DNA from: Gammaproteobacteria bacterium
Lineage (GTDB): Bacteria > Pseudomonadota > Gammaproteobacteria > Steroidobacterales > Rariloculaceae
NCBI GenBank assembly: GCA_963664945.1
Contig: OY761822.1
Location: 3,783,162 to 3,847,161 of the forward strand
Direction: 5' to 3'
Length of the DNA stretch: 64,000 nt
A program made the translations under genes and the position numbers. Below are positions 33,951-42,566 of the stretch, piece by piece. Positions within the stretch are counted from its first letter, which is position 1. Every line of letters starts with the position of its first letter. The notes beneath the pieces are model-generated. The model was not told where the DNA came from, did no database searches, and worked only from the letters and a program-made list of their open reading frames with translations.

Positions 33951-35910
33951 GAGCCACTTGCGCTGTTCCGTAGTCGTTGATTGGTAAGGGTTTTAAGGCA
34001 CCCTCAAAAGAACTTTACCCCAGGATTGGGCTGTTTTGGGCCGGTTTCGGGTCGTTTTTCCCTATCGGAGGGGATTTTCACCCCAGGAGCCGGACAGGCC
34101 GACCGAGGGGGCAAGAAAAGAGGGGAGAAGCCGGCCGTCATGGGGCAAAATAGGGTTTCGATATCCACATGCCACTCCGAGGAGCAACCATGACGACCGG
34201 CCAGACCAAGTTACTCTTTTCCTGGGACGATGTCGATTCGTTGCCGGACATGCGGCGGTTGAGGCTGGTGTTGGATCATCTGCCGGACGGCCCGGTCGTG
34301 GAGGCGCTGCGCGCCCGCCGGGGCCGGGGCCGGGACGACTATCCGGTGGAGGCGATGTGGCGGGCGCTGGTGGCCGGGGTGGTGTTCCAGCATGCCTCGA
34401 TCGAGTCGTTGTTGCGGGAGCTTGGGCGCAATCCGGGGTTGCTGTCGCTGTGCGGGTTCAACCCGTTGCCGAGGCGGGGCAAGCCTTGCCGGGAGGTGCG
34501 CCCGCATCCCGGGACCGGCGCGGCCACGGTGGTGGAGTTTCCGAGTCCGGCGCGCCCGGCGGTTCCGAACGCGTGGAACTTCTCCCGGTTCCTGGAGTCG
34601 GTCGAGGCCGTGGAGGCGGACACGGGCTGCGTGACGGGGATGATCGACACGCTGCGCGGGGGGCTCAAGGAGGCGTTGCCGGATTTCGGCGGGCATCTGG
34701 GCTACGACGGCAAGGCCATCGGGAGCCATTCCACGGGGCGGACGAACCGCGAGACGGGCCGGACCTCGGACCCGGAGGCGGACTGGGGCAAGCACGAGAC
34801 GCGCGGCGTGGACGCAAAGACGGGCAAGGCGTGGACGAAGGTGAAGAGCTGGTTCGGTTACCGGCTGCACCTGATCGCCGACACCCGGTACGAGATTCCG
34901 GTGGCGTTGGAGGTGACGAAGGCCTCGGCGTCGGAGCCGGTGGTGTTGTCGGAGATGGTGCGCGAGTTGCTCGGCAAGGATCGGGGCCTGGCGGACCGGT
35001 GTTCGGATTTCAGCGCCGACCGGGGACTGGACAGCGCCAAGCTGAAAGCGGCGCTGTGGGACGATCATGGCATCCGTCCGTTGATCGACACGCGGGCGAT
35101 GTGGCGGGAGGAGAAGGCGGAGCCGGGGTACGATCCGTCCAAGCCGATCCTGCGTCCGCTGTACCCGGAGCGGGTGGACACGGTGGTGCATTCGGAGAAG
35201 GGCGAGGTGGTGTGCCGGTGCCCAAAGACAGGCGAGCAGCGCCCCATGGCCTTCCAGGGGTTCGAGGCCGACCGGGGCACGCTGAAGTACCGTTGTCCGG
35301 CGGCGGCGTACGATCTTCACTGCCAGGGCCGGGCCATCTGCCACAAGCGGGCCGGCTGCGCGGCGGGGGACTACGGGCGCATCGTGCGCATCGACCTGAA
35401 CAAGGTCGACCGGCGCATCTTCACGCCCACCCCGCACGGCAGCCCGAGTTGGCGGCGCGGCTACAAGCGCCGCGCGGCGCTGGAGCGGATCAACGCCCGC
35501 CTGGACAACGACTTCGGCTTCGAGCGCCATTACATCCGCGGCCACGCGGCGATGAAGACCCGGGTCGGGCTGGCGCTGGCCATCATGATGGCGTTGGCGC
35601 TGGGACACGTGCTTCAGGGCCGTCCCGGGCAAATGCGCTCCCTGGTCGGCGCGGTGCCGTTCGCCGACACCGGATAGCGCCCCCGGCGCCCCCGTTTCCA
35701 TCCCCCGGGACCGACGCGTGGACGCCCCGTCCGGGACCGCCCCTGTCCGTCCGGCGCGCCCAAACGACAATCGTTCTCATTTGGCCCGCGCCCAGGGCGA
35801 TTTTCAGCTACGAGAACCGACTTGGCGCTTCATCCCGCCCTCGAACACACCAACCGCTGTTCCGTGCACGGCCTCGGGCGTGGCGAAATACCCCACAGCG
35901 CAAGTGCCTC
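33951..35910 (+). mobile_element. IS element, IS4/IS5 superfamily (IS1182-like), about 1.96 kb
   Basis: Candidate terminal inverted repeats are gagccacttgcgctgt (33951-33966) and its complement acagcgcaagtgcctc (35895-35910), 15/16 identical. They bracket a single 495-aa DDE transposase gene. Confidence 0.55.
34190..35677 (+). CDS. DDE transposase (DUF772 N-terminus + DDE_Tnp_1; IS1182/IS5-like)
   Basis: Start moved to ATG 34190 after GAGGAG. DDYPVEAMWRALVAGVVFQHASIESLLRELGRNPGLLSLCGF, LGYDGKAIGSH, WFGYRLHLIADTRYEIPVALEVTKA, SADRGLDSAKL, cysteine-rich KYRCPAAAYDLHCQGRAIC, ALERINARL. Track ORFs 34036..35928 (+) and 34211..35770 (-) are shadows. Confidence 0.85.
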   Translation: MTTGQTKLLFSWDDVDSLPDMRRLRLVLDHLPDGPVVEALRARRGRGRDDYPVEAMWRALVAGVVFQHASIESLLRELGRNPGLLSLCGFNPLPRRGKPCREVRPHPGTGAATVVEFPSPARPAVPNAWNFSRFLESVEAVEADTGCVTGMIDTLRGGLKEALPDFGGHLGYDGKAIGSHSTGRTNRETGRTSDPEADWGKHETRGVDAKTGKAWTKVKSWFGYRLHLIADTRYEIPVALEVTKASASEPVVLSEMVRELLGKDRGLADRCSDFSADRGLDSAKLKAALWDDHGIRPLIDTRAMWREEKAEPGYDPSKPILRPLYPERVDTVVHSEKGEVVCRCPKTGEQRPMAFQGFEADRGTLKYRCPAAAYDLHCQGRAICHKRAGCAAGDYGRIVRIDLNKVDRRIFTPTPHGSPSWRRGYKRRAALERINARLDNDFGFERHYIRGHAAMKTRVGLALAIMMALALGHVLQGRPGQMRSLVGAVPFADTG

Positions 35911-35924
35911 GGAGAAGACTCCGA

Positions 35925-35952
35925 TTGATTCTATACGGCATAGCCGTATAAT
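35925..35952 (+). promoter_or_regulatory. sigma70 promoter with overlapping perfect palindromic operator (TA-locus autoregulation site)
   Basis: TTGATT (35925-30), 16 nt, then TATAAT (35947-52). The palindrome TATACGGC-ata-GCCGTATA (35932-35950) spans the spacer and the -10 box, 7 nt upstream of the toxin-remnant ATG. Confidence 0.65.
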
Positions 35953-35958
35953 CTACCG

Positions 35959-36033
35959 ATGTACAGCTTTACCGAAACAAAGCTGTTTACTCGGCTCGTT
36001 CAACACTACCTGACCGACATGGAAAATGACTGA
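35959..36033 (+). pseudogene. HigB-2-type (RelE-fold) toxin remnant, 24 codons
   Basis: MYSFTETKLFTRLVQHYLTDMEND* matches the N-terminus of V. cholerae HigB-2 (..VFVESTIFEKYRDEYLSDEEYRLFQ..) and then stops. The rest of an approximately 110-aa toxin is missing. The ORF overlaps the antitoxin ATG (36026). Confidence 0.6.
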
Positions 36034-36298
36034 GGAACATCGAGATATCGGTCGAGAGATTCTAGAGGGACTGCGCGAACTCAAGCGCGAAGAACATGGT
36101 CGCATAGTTAATCTGCCAGACGTTGCTTCAGTCCGTAAAAAGGTCGGATTGTCACAGGCACGTTTCGCGGAGTTGCTCGGAATATCGGTGAGGACGCCGC
36201 AAGACTGGGAACAAGGACGTCGGTCCCCTTCTGGCGCAGCCCGCACGCTGCTTGCCATTGTTGACAAGGATCCCACGGTGTTGCTGGAGGTGGCTTGA
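36026..36298 (+). CDS. HTH (Xre/COG2944-type) antitoxin
   Basis: GREILEGLRELKR...VRKKVGLSQARFAELLGISVRTPQDWEQGRRSPSGAARTLLAIVDKDPTVLLEV is the canonical COG2944 antitoxin partnered with HigB-2/PF06296-type toxins. Confidence 0.85.
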   Translation: MTEEHRDIGREILEGLRELKREEHGRIVNLPDVASVRKKVGLSQARFAELLGISVRTPQDWEQGRRSPSGAARTLLAIVDKDPTVLLEVA

Positions 36299-36447
36299 TG
36301 GCCTTCGCGTTCAGCGCGGCGGCGGGCGCCGTCTTTCCGGACCTGTTCGATCCCACCAGCGCGACCACGCTCGGGAGGCGGACATCGGGACGCGAGAAAC
36401 TGCGTCGAAAGTGTGGAGAGACTTGCAACGCGATGCCGACCCGCCGA

Positions 36448-37704
36448 TCACTCCTGGATTTCGGCCACCTCGACTCCCCAGATCGGCCGGTAATCCAGGG
36501 GCGCCTTGTAGACCAGCGTGGCGTCGAGATTGATGCGGTCGAAACCGGTGACTTCGTAGAGCGCCTCAAGAGCCGGCCCGGTGCTGCTGTCCGTCACCGC
36601 AGGGCCCAGCACATCCTCGAGTTCGGCGATGTCGTCCAGCGACGTGACGGCCTGCGCCGCGTGCATCAGGCCGGCATCGCGCGTTCCGGCCACGATAAGG
36701 AACTGATTGCCGTCGGGCCCGGGAAACGTCGACACCAGGCCATAGTCCTCGTAATCGCTCTCGCCGGGAATGCCGGCGCCGCTGGTAAAGGACTCCCCGG
36801 TGATCCGATTCTGCAATTCATCGTAACTCGCCCCTACACGTAGCCCCGAGGAAGCAAAGACGAAGTCCATCAGCGTTCCAAGGGCGCTGATATAGCCCAC
36901 GTAGAGAATGTGCTGGGACCTCAGATCCGCCACTCTCATCTCGGTCATGGTGGTGATCCGCACATCCTTGTCCGCCGCGTAGACGACGCGCAGCAATTCG
37001 CTCAGCGCGGACGCGCTGCCCTGGGGCAGATAGGTCAGGTCCAGGTCCATCCAGTTCGCCAGCAGGTCCGGGTCGCTGACAAAGCGGTCGCCCAGATCAT
37101 CGCTGGAATTGACGTCAAATTCGCGCACCAGACGGGTGACGGTTCCGAATTCGTCGAGTTCGGCGAAGATGAAGTAATCGCCGACGACGACCAGAAGCGG
37201 CAAATCATCGTTCAGCAGCTCTGTCCACATGGCGGTGCGGGTCACTTCCTGCACGCCATCCGGCGCCGATGGCCCGAATCTCAGGGCAAACATCACGACG
37301 AGGTTGATCACAAGCAAGGCGGCGAGTGCCGCAACCCATACGGGGGGCGTCGTGCGGCCGGAGCGTTCCCGGGCCGTTTCGTCCGGGGCGACAACGGCCA
37401 GACGATATTCCCCCCTCGGTATGGAAAGCCGGACACCAACATCGGCGGGATTGGCCGCGTAGTACTTCTCGAGTTTCTGGCGCAGGTTGTGGACGTAGAC
37501 ACGGACGAAGGAGTCCTGGCTGGGATCGAATTCGCTGCCCTTGTCGAATACGTCGGCGGCGATCTCCACCTCCTTCGGTCGCACCGCGCGCTCCGAACAC
37601 TGAACGAGATACTCCATCAGCCGCACATAGGATCGGGAGCGGCCCAACGCCCCGCTTTCGATAATTCTGCGGGCCTGCTCGGCTATGACATTGGCTTCGG
37701 ACAT
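36448..37704 (-). CDS. membrane-anchored winged-helix (OmpR/PhoB-type, ToxR/CadC-like) transcriptional regulator with periplasmic domain
   Basis: N-terminus YVRLMEYLVQCSERAVRPKEVEIAADVF...FVRVYVHNLRQKLEKYY...IPRGEYRL (trans_reg_C). One TM segment (PPVWVAALAALLVINLVVMFAL). About 260-aa C-terminal domain. Start is ATG 37704 or TTG 37719. Confidence 0.7.
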   Translation of the reverse strand: MSEANVIAEQARRIIESGALGRSRSYVRLMEYLVQCSERAVRPKEVEIAADVFDKGSEFDPSQDSFVRVYVHNLRQKLEKYYAANPADVGVRLSIPRGEYRLAVVAPDETARERSGRTTPPVWVAALAALLVINLVVMFALRFGPSAPDGVQEVTRTAMWTELLNDDLPLLVVVGDYFIFAELDEFGTVTRLVREFDVNSSDDLGDRFVSDPDLLANWMDLDLTYLPQGSASALSELLRVVYAADKDVRITTMTEMRVADLRSQHILYVGYISALGTLMDFVFASSGLRVGASYDELQNRITGESFTSGAGIPGESDYEDYGLVSTFPGPDGNQFLIVAGTRDAGLMHAAQAVTSLDDIAELEDVLGPAVTDSSTGPALEALYEVTGFDRINLDATLVYKAPLDYRPIWGVEVAEIQE

Positions 37705-37761
37705 CGCATCGCCTGCCAAGGATTTCCCCGTGAATCCGGTAAATCACTTCAGCCTGATTTT

Positions 37762-37779
37762 AACCGTTAATAAACGGTT
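37762..37779. promoter_or_regulatory. perfect dyad AACCGTT-aata-AACGGTT in a divergent AT-rich promoter region
   Basis: Located between the regulator (-, start 37704) and the frameshifted TBDR (+, start 37929). Confidence 0.4.
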
Positions 37780-37928
37780 TGTAACTCATTGTTTTGGATA
37801 AGAAACCTTAAGATGCGCCAACGCTCGGCCAATAGCAGGCTACCTTTCAGTCAATTTCCCGGCATTTTCGGCTCCGGCTGCGACGTAGAAGTTGGTTGAG
37901 CGTCCCGGACAAACGCAGGGGATAAATC

Positions 37929-39679
37929 ATGACTGGTTTCAGAAATACCAGCGTCGGATTACCGATCGCCGTACAGGTTTTGGTGTCGGCGACTTCGGCA
38001 CTTGGACAGGACTCGGCCAACGGTGTTCAGGAGGAAGTCATCGTGCTGGGCGCCCGCCTGGAGGAGACCATTCCGCTGGACCTGGAGCAATTCGGCAACC
38101 GAGTGGAAATCATCACGGCGGACGAATTGCAGCTCGGCGGCTTCAACGACCTTGCGCAAAGCCTGCAGATGAGAGTCCCCGGGCTCTACCTGGCACCCAA
38201 GAACGGCGCTTTCGACTACGTGGGTTGCTCGCTGCAGGGCTCGCGGTGCCAGGACATCCTCTGGCTGATCGACGGCGTGAGGATCAATAACCGTCTGTAC
38301 AACTCCACAAGCCCCCTGGACACGGTGCCCGCGCACATGGTGGAGCGCATCGAAGTGCTCTATGGAGGCCAGGGGATATTCTACGGCACCCAGTCCGTGG
38401 CCGGCGTGGTGAACGTGGTCACCAAGTCGTTTTCGGCTAGCCCGCAGGGACGGGTCGGACTCGCGGTGGACGGCAATGACGGTGTCCACGCAAATATCGA
38501 CTATCGAGCGTCGTCGGGCGGCCACCAGCTTGTGCTCTACGCCTCAAGCGACGAGGCCGACGGGATTCAGCCGTACAGGGACGAGGAGATTCAACCCAGT
38601 TCCACCGACCGGGACCGAAGCTACGACGTCGCCATGCTCGGCCTGAAGTACGCCTACGATCTCGGCGAACGCTCCCGGCTGACGCTTCACTATCAGCACA
38701 CGGACGCCGAACTTGATTTCGCGCGGGCCTATCTCAATTACGAGACGTTCAATACGCGCGACGAGGACATCGTGACGCTCAAGTACGACCTGCAGGCGAC
38801 CGACAATATCGGCCTGTTCGTAAAGGCATACTCGCATGCCTGGGACACCGACTACACCCGGATATACAACGTGCTGGATGAGAACGGCGCCGTTACGGGC
38901 AACCTGCGAACCCTTGACGATGGCTCGTACTGGGGTTACGACGATTATGGGCTGACGGCCATGACGCGGATCGAGACCGGCGGCGGATTCGACTTTGCGG
39001 CGGGCTACGAACATCAGCGGTTTTCCGGCAGCACGGAAACGACCCCTGCTGCACGTTGGGAAATCCAGACCTGGAAGGCGAAAAGAGCCGCAATGTCAAC
39101 GTCGCCATCGGCGGGCGCGGAGGTTCGAACCTGAATTGGGAACTCATCGCCTTTCAGCGTGCGGTAGATGACCTGATCGGCGTCGTCGACGGAATGCGCG
39201 CCAATACCGCCCGTACGGTGGATTTTGACGGCTGGGAGTTCAACCTGGCCTTCGCGTTCAACCCGGACTGGACCGCAAGCGTCAACTATGTCGATACGAG
39301 CGCCCGGGCGGAGGGTTCGAGCGAACAGATCACCGACGTGCCGGAGAGCACGCTCAAGGCCAACCTGGCGTATCAGTCGGCCAGATCACCCTTCGAGTTC
39401 ACCGTATCCTTCCTGAACGTGGGCGACCTCTACGACTCGGTCTCCGGGGGCATCGGCCGCGTCGAGCACGGCGGGTACACGGTCCTGGATTTCGGCGGAG
39501 CCTACCGGTTCGGAGCCAGCGGCAACCAGAGAATCGGGGTTCGACTCGAGAACGCCCTGGACGAGGAATACGCTTCGTCACTCGGCCGCGCCTTCGTGGA
39601 CGTCGACGGCAGTTCCTATCCCTACAGAAATTTGGCCACGCCACAGACCTTCCATGTTTCCTATGCGTACCGGTTCTAG
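37929..39679 (+). pseudogene. TonB-dependent receptor (small, about 583 codons) interrupted by a frameshift near 39020-39058
   Basis: ORF 37929..39134 carries a signal peptide and plug (VIVLGARLEETIP, VERIEVLYGGQGIFYGTQSVAGVVNVVTK). ORF 39056..39679, in another frame, starts at the conserved GNPDLEGEKS block and ends with the typical ...FHVSYAYRF. This could be a genuine pseudogene or a sequencing indel. Confidence 0.8.
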
Positions 39680-39934
39680 CAGCCTGCGCCGTAGAAAATC
39701 TTCGTGGGAAAACACACCACTTTTGGCAGGTTTTCATAGATTATTATGGGAAAACGCGACACGCTATCGTCAATAATTCCACAAAATCTCCATCTATGTA
39801 CCACTTTGAGTGCTCAAGTTGGTTCTACGGCCCAAGCTCCTAGCCCGTGGCAAGAGTCCGATTGCGGTCTGGGCGCAGCGTCGGGCAGAATGATTCAATC
39901 GGCCGGTCGGTAGTGCAGCCCGTGATGATGGCAA

Positions 39935-41425
39935 ATGGTTAGATTGCTGTTCTTGATCCATCGGTATCTGGGCATCGCCCTTGGCGTGGTGATCTCGCTG
40001 TGGTGCCTGTCGGGATTCGTGATGATGTACGAACAGTACCCGGAACACGACGACACCGAACGGCTTGCCGGACTGGAGCCGCTGAATCTCGCCGCTTGTT
40101 GCCGGCTACCCGCCGACTTCAGCAACATCGAGGTCGATCGTTTCCGCCTGGAGATGATGGCGGGCATCTCCGTGCTGCGGCTGATGGCCGGGCGCTTCCA
40201 GTATGTGATCGACCTGCGCAGCGGCGAGTTCCTCCCCGAATTCCACGAAGCCGATGCGCGCGTAATCGCGACCACCGCGGCCGCGGAGTACGGTTTGCAG
40301 GGAGACCCGAGACTGCTGGACCTGATTCCGCGCGACCAGTGGACGGTCTACGCCTCCTACGAACCCCACCGCCCCCTGTATCAATTCGCGATGGACGATT
40401 CCGCCGGCACGGAATTCTATGTGTCCAGCACCACCGGAGAGGTCGTCCAGATGACGACCTTTCGGCAGCGATTCCTGAATTGGATGGGCGCTGTCATTCA
40501 CTGGCTGTACCCGACAGCGCTGCGCCAGCACACGGGTGTATGGCTGCAGGTCGTCATATGGCTGACCATCGTGAGCCTGTTTCTCACGGTCATCGGCATT
40601 TACATCGGGTTGCGGCAGTTCAGGACGAGGCGCAACGGTCACCGGTCGCCGTACCGCGGATGGGCGCTTTGGCACCATTACTCCGGCCTCGTCTTCGGCC
40701 TCTTCACGCTGACCTGGCTGATCAGCGGATTGTTCTCCGTCAACGCGTTTGGCGCTCTGGAAGGCCGCAGCTTTTTTGTTGAAAGCCAGCGGCTGAGAGC
40801 CGGATTCGTCAACTTCGAACAAGCCGGCGCGTTCGTCAGCGCGCTGCCGGCATTCGAGATCCCCTCCTCCGCCGTGCGCCTGGACGTATCGGTCGTCGGG
40901 GGACAGCTCCATGCGATCGCTTCGGACAAGCAGGCGGAGCGGGTACGTCTCAACGCCGGGACGCTGAGACCGGAAACGCTGCCGGAAGACTTCTTCAAAC
41001 GGGCGTCAGGCGCCATGCGCCCGGACATGGCCGTCACGGAAGCAGACTGGCTGACCGAAGGCGATGCCTATTATTTCAGCCACCACGACACGAGACGTTT
41101 TCCCGTGTTCCGGATTCGGTACGAGGACGGCGAAAGGTTCTATCTCGATAGCGTCACCGGGGAACTCGCCTACGCGGTTGACCGCGAACGGCAGTGGTTG
41201 CGTTGGGTTTTTCATGCGCTCCACAGGGGCGATTTCTCGGCGCTCGTGCGAAGCCGCCCCATCTGGGACCTGATGATGTGGCCGCTGATGCTGGGCGTGA
41301 CGGTTGGCGCGATCACCGGAACGTGGATTGGAATCCGGCGGCTGTTCAGGCCCGTGACGAGGTCCATGAGGCGCGGCCTCCCGGGTCTCGAATTACGCTT
41401 GCCGCGCGAAAACACCGCGCGGTAG
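39935..41425 (+). CDS. PepSY-associated TM helix protein (PiuB-like)
   Basis: MVRLLFLIHRYLGIALGVVISLWCLSGFVMMY start, repeated TM segments with HxxxG patterns (IHWLYP, WHHYSG, FHALHRGDF). Typical partner of siderophore-type TBDRs. Confidence 0.85.
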   Translation: MVRLLFLIHRYLGIALGVVISLWCLSGFVMMYEQYPEHDDTERLAGLEPLNLAACCRLPADFSNIEVDRFRLEMMAGISVLRLMAGRFQYVIDLRSGEFLPEFHEADARVIATTAAAEYGLQGDPRLLDLIPRDQWTVYASYEPHRPLYQFAMDDSAGTEFYVSSTTGEVVQMTTFRQRFLNWMGAVIHWLYPTALRQHTGVWLQVVIWLTIVSLFLTVIGIYIGLRQFRTRRNGHRSPYRGWALWHHYSGLVFGLFTLTWLISGLFSVNAFGALEGRSFFVESQRLRAGFVNFEQAGAFVSALPAFEIPSSAVRLDVSVVGGQLHAIASDKQAERVRLNAGTLRPETLPEDFFKRASGAMRPDMAVTEADWLTEGDAYYFSHHDTRRFPVFRIRYEDGERFYLDSVTGELAYAVDRERQWLRWVFHALHRGDFSALVRSRPIWDLMMWPLMLGVTVGAITGTWIGIRRLFRPVTRSMRRGLPGLELRLPRENTAR

Positions 41426-41501
41426 CTGCCCGTGACGACAGTCCCGCGCCATTCGGCGAGAGTGTCATCCCGCGAGGGAGGATACTGTTAGACTGCGCGC
41501 C

Positions 41502-42476
41502 ATGGTTGCAAGAATCGACACGGCGCTCTTGGAAACCGGCGAGCCGGGCCGCGAGCCCAGGCGACTCGAATTCCCGGGCTGCCGCGAGGTTCGCATGTCT
41601 CGCGCCGACCTGGAGCGATATGAAGGCCGCCTGGAATTCTGGGACGCCCGCACGGAGCTGGCCATGGTGTGCGAGCCGGCACCCGGTCTCGCACACGAAT
41701 TCCCGGCGCAGCGCCTCGCGAAGCTGGCCACGCTGATCGCCGCGGCAAGGGGGTCGCCAGTCGAAATGTTCGGCGCCGCGTGCCTGCTGCAGCTTGCGGG
41801 CGATGGCGAGTGGCGGCGGATCATGCAGGCGGACCAGACCGTCTACCTGCATCCGGCGGCGCACGTGCCCCGTGGAGACGAGGTCAAGGTGGGCGAAGAC
41901 AGGCTGCCGGATGTCGTGCTGGAGGTTGACAACACCACCGACGTTCGCCGCGGCAAGCTTTATCTTTACGAGTCGTGGGGTTTTCCGGAGGTGTGGGTGG
42001 AAGTGCCTGACAAGCCCGCGCGGAGCCGTCCGAAGTCGCTTCCGTCCGGTTTGACGATCCACGCGCTGGAGCGGGGGCGGTTTGTCGAGACGCCGGCAAG
42101 CCTTGCATTCCCGGGCTGGACGGCAGAAGAAATTCATCGCGCGATGAACGAACCTGCGCTGTCGGAGGCGACCGTGGCGGTATTGCGCCGGGTCGGCCGG
42201 CGGATGGGCGCCGCGGAGGGAACCGGGCCGGACGACGACCCGTTTCTGGATGCCGAGCGCCGAGAGAGCCGCTCGGAGGGACGCGCGGAGGGACGAGCCG
42301 AAACGCTGCGCGGAGCGCTGCAACAGATTTTCGCGGCACGGGGTATTTCAGTCTCGTGGACCTTGCGGAACGAATGGCCGGCGGAGATCGAGGGCGCGCC
42401 GGTCGAGCGGCTCATGCAAGCGGCGCTCGAGTGCCGGAACGAGGCGGACTTCCTGGAACGATCCCGCGCCGGGTGA
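41502..42476 (+). CDS. Uma2-like PD-(D/E)xK endonuclease fused to a DUF4351-like C-terminal module (paralogue 2)
   Basis: LPDVVLEVDNTTDVRRGKLYLYESWGFPEVWVEVP. Tail: EGRAEGRAETLRGALQQIFAARGI...ECRNEADFLERS. Colinear with 25502..26518 along the whole length. Confidence 0.7.
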   Translation: MVARIDTALLETGEPGREPRRLEFPGCREVRMSRADLERYEGRLEFWDARTELAMVCEPAPGLAHEFPAQRLAKLATLIAAARGSPVEMFGAACLLQLAGDGEWRRIMQADQTVYLHPAAHVPRGDEVKVGEDRLPDVVLEVDNTTDVRRGKLYLYESWGFPEVWVEVPDKPARSRPKSLPSGLTIHALERGRFVETPASLAFPGWTAEEIHRAMNEPALSEATVAVLRRVGRRMGAAEGTGPDDDPFLDAERRESRSEGRAEGRAETLRGALQQIFAARGISVSWTLRNEWPAEIEGAPVERLMQAALECRNEADFLERSRAG

Positions 42477-42566
42477 GGCCGGAACCGGCGCGTCAGGCTC
42501 GCTGCCCGAGGGCGCGCTGATATGACGGGAACTTGCCGGCCGGGACGCGACATCCGGCCCGGGTTG

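Noticed and set aside
34036-35928. 630-aa (+) and 519-aa (-) ORFs overlapping the IS transposase
   Set aside because: Only the 34190..35677 frame shows DDE-transposase motifs. The others are Gly/Arg/Pro-rich shadows.
36325-36365. gTTCGATCCcaccagcgcgaCCA, looking like a tRNA 3' end / att remnant at the right edge of the island
   Set aside because: The T-stem cannot be paired (1/5). There is no matching copy at the left island boundary, so it cannot be called an attachment site.
37780-37928. Possible cobalamin or other riboswitch in the 5' region of the small BtuB-sized TBDR
   Set aside because: No B12-box-like sequence and no extended conserved stems. The region is AT-rich and promoter-like only.
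39700-39800. Fur-box-like AT-rich segments (tcatagattattatggg, tcgtcaataattcc) upstream of the PepSY gene
   Set aside because: The match to GATAATGATAATCATTATC is poor (under about 10/19 in any register). Not supportable without a genome-specific Fur matrix.
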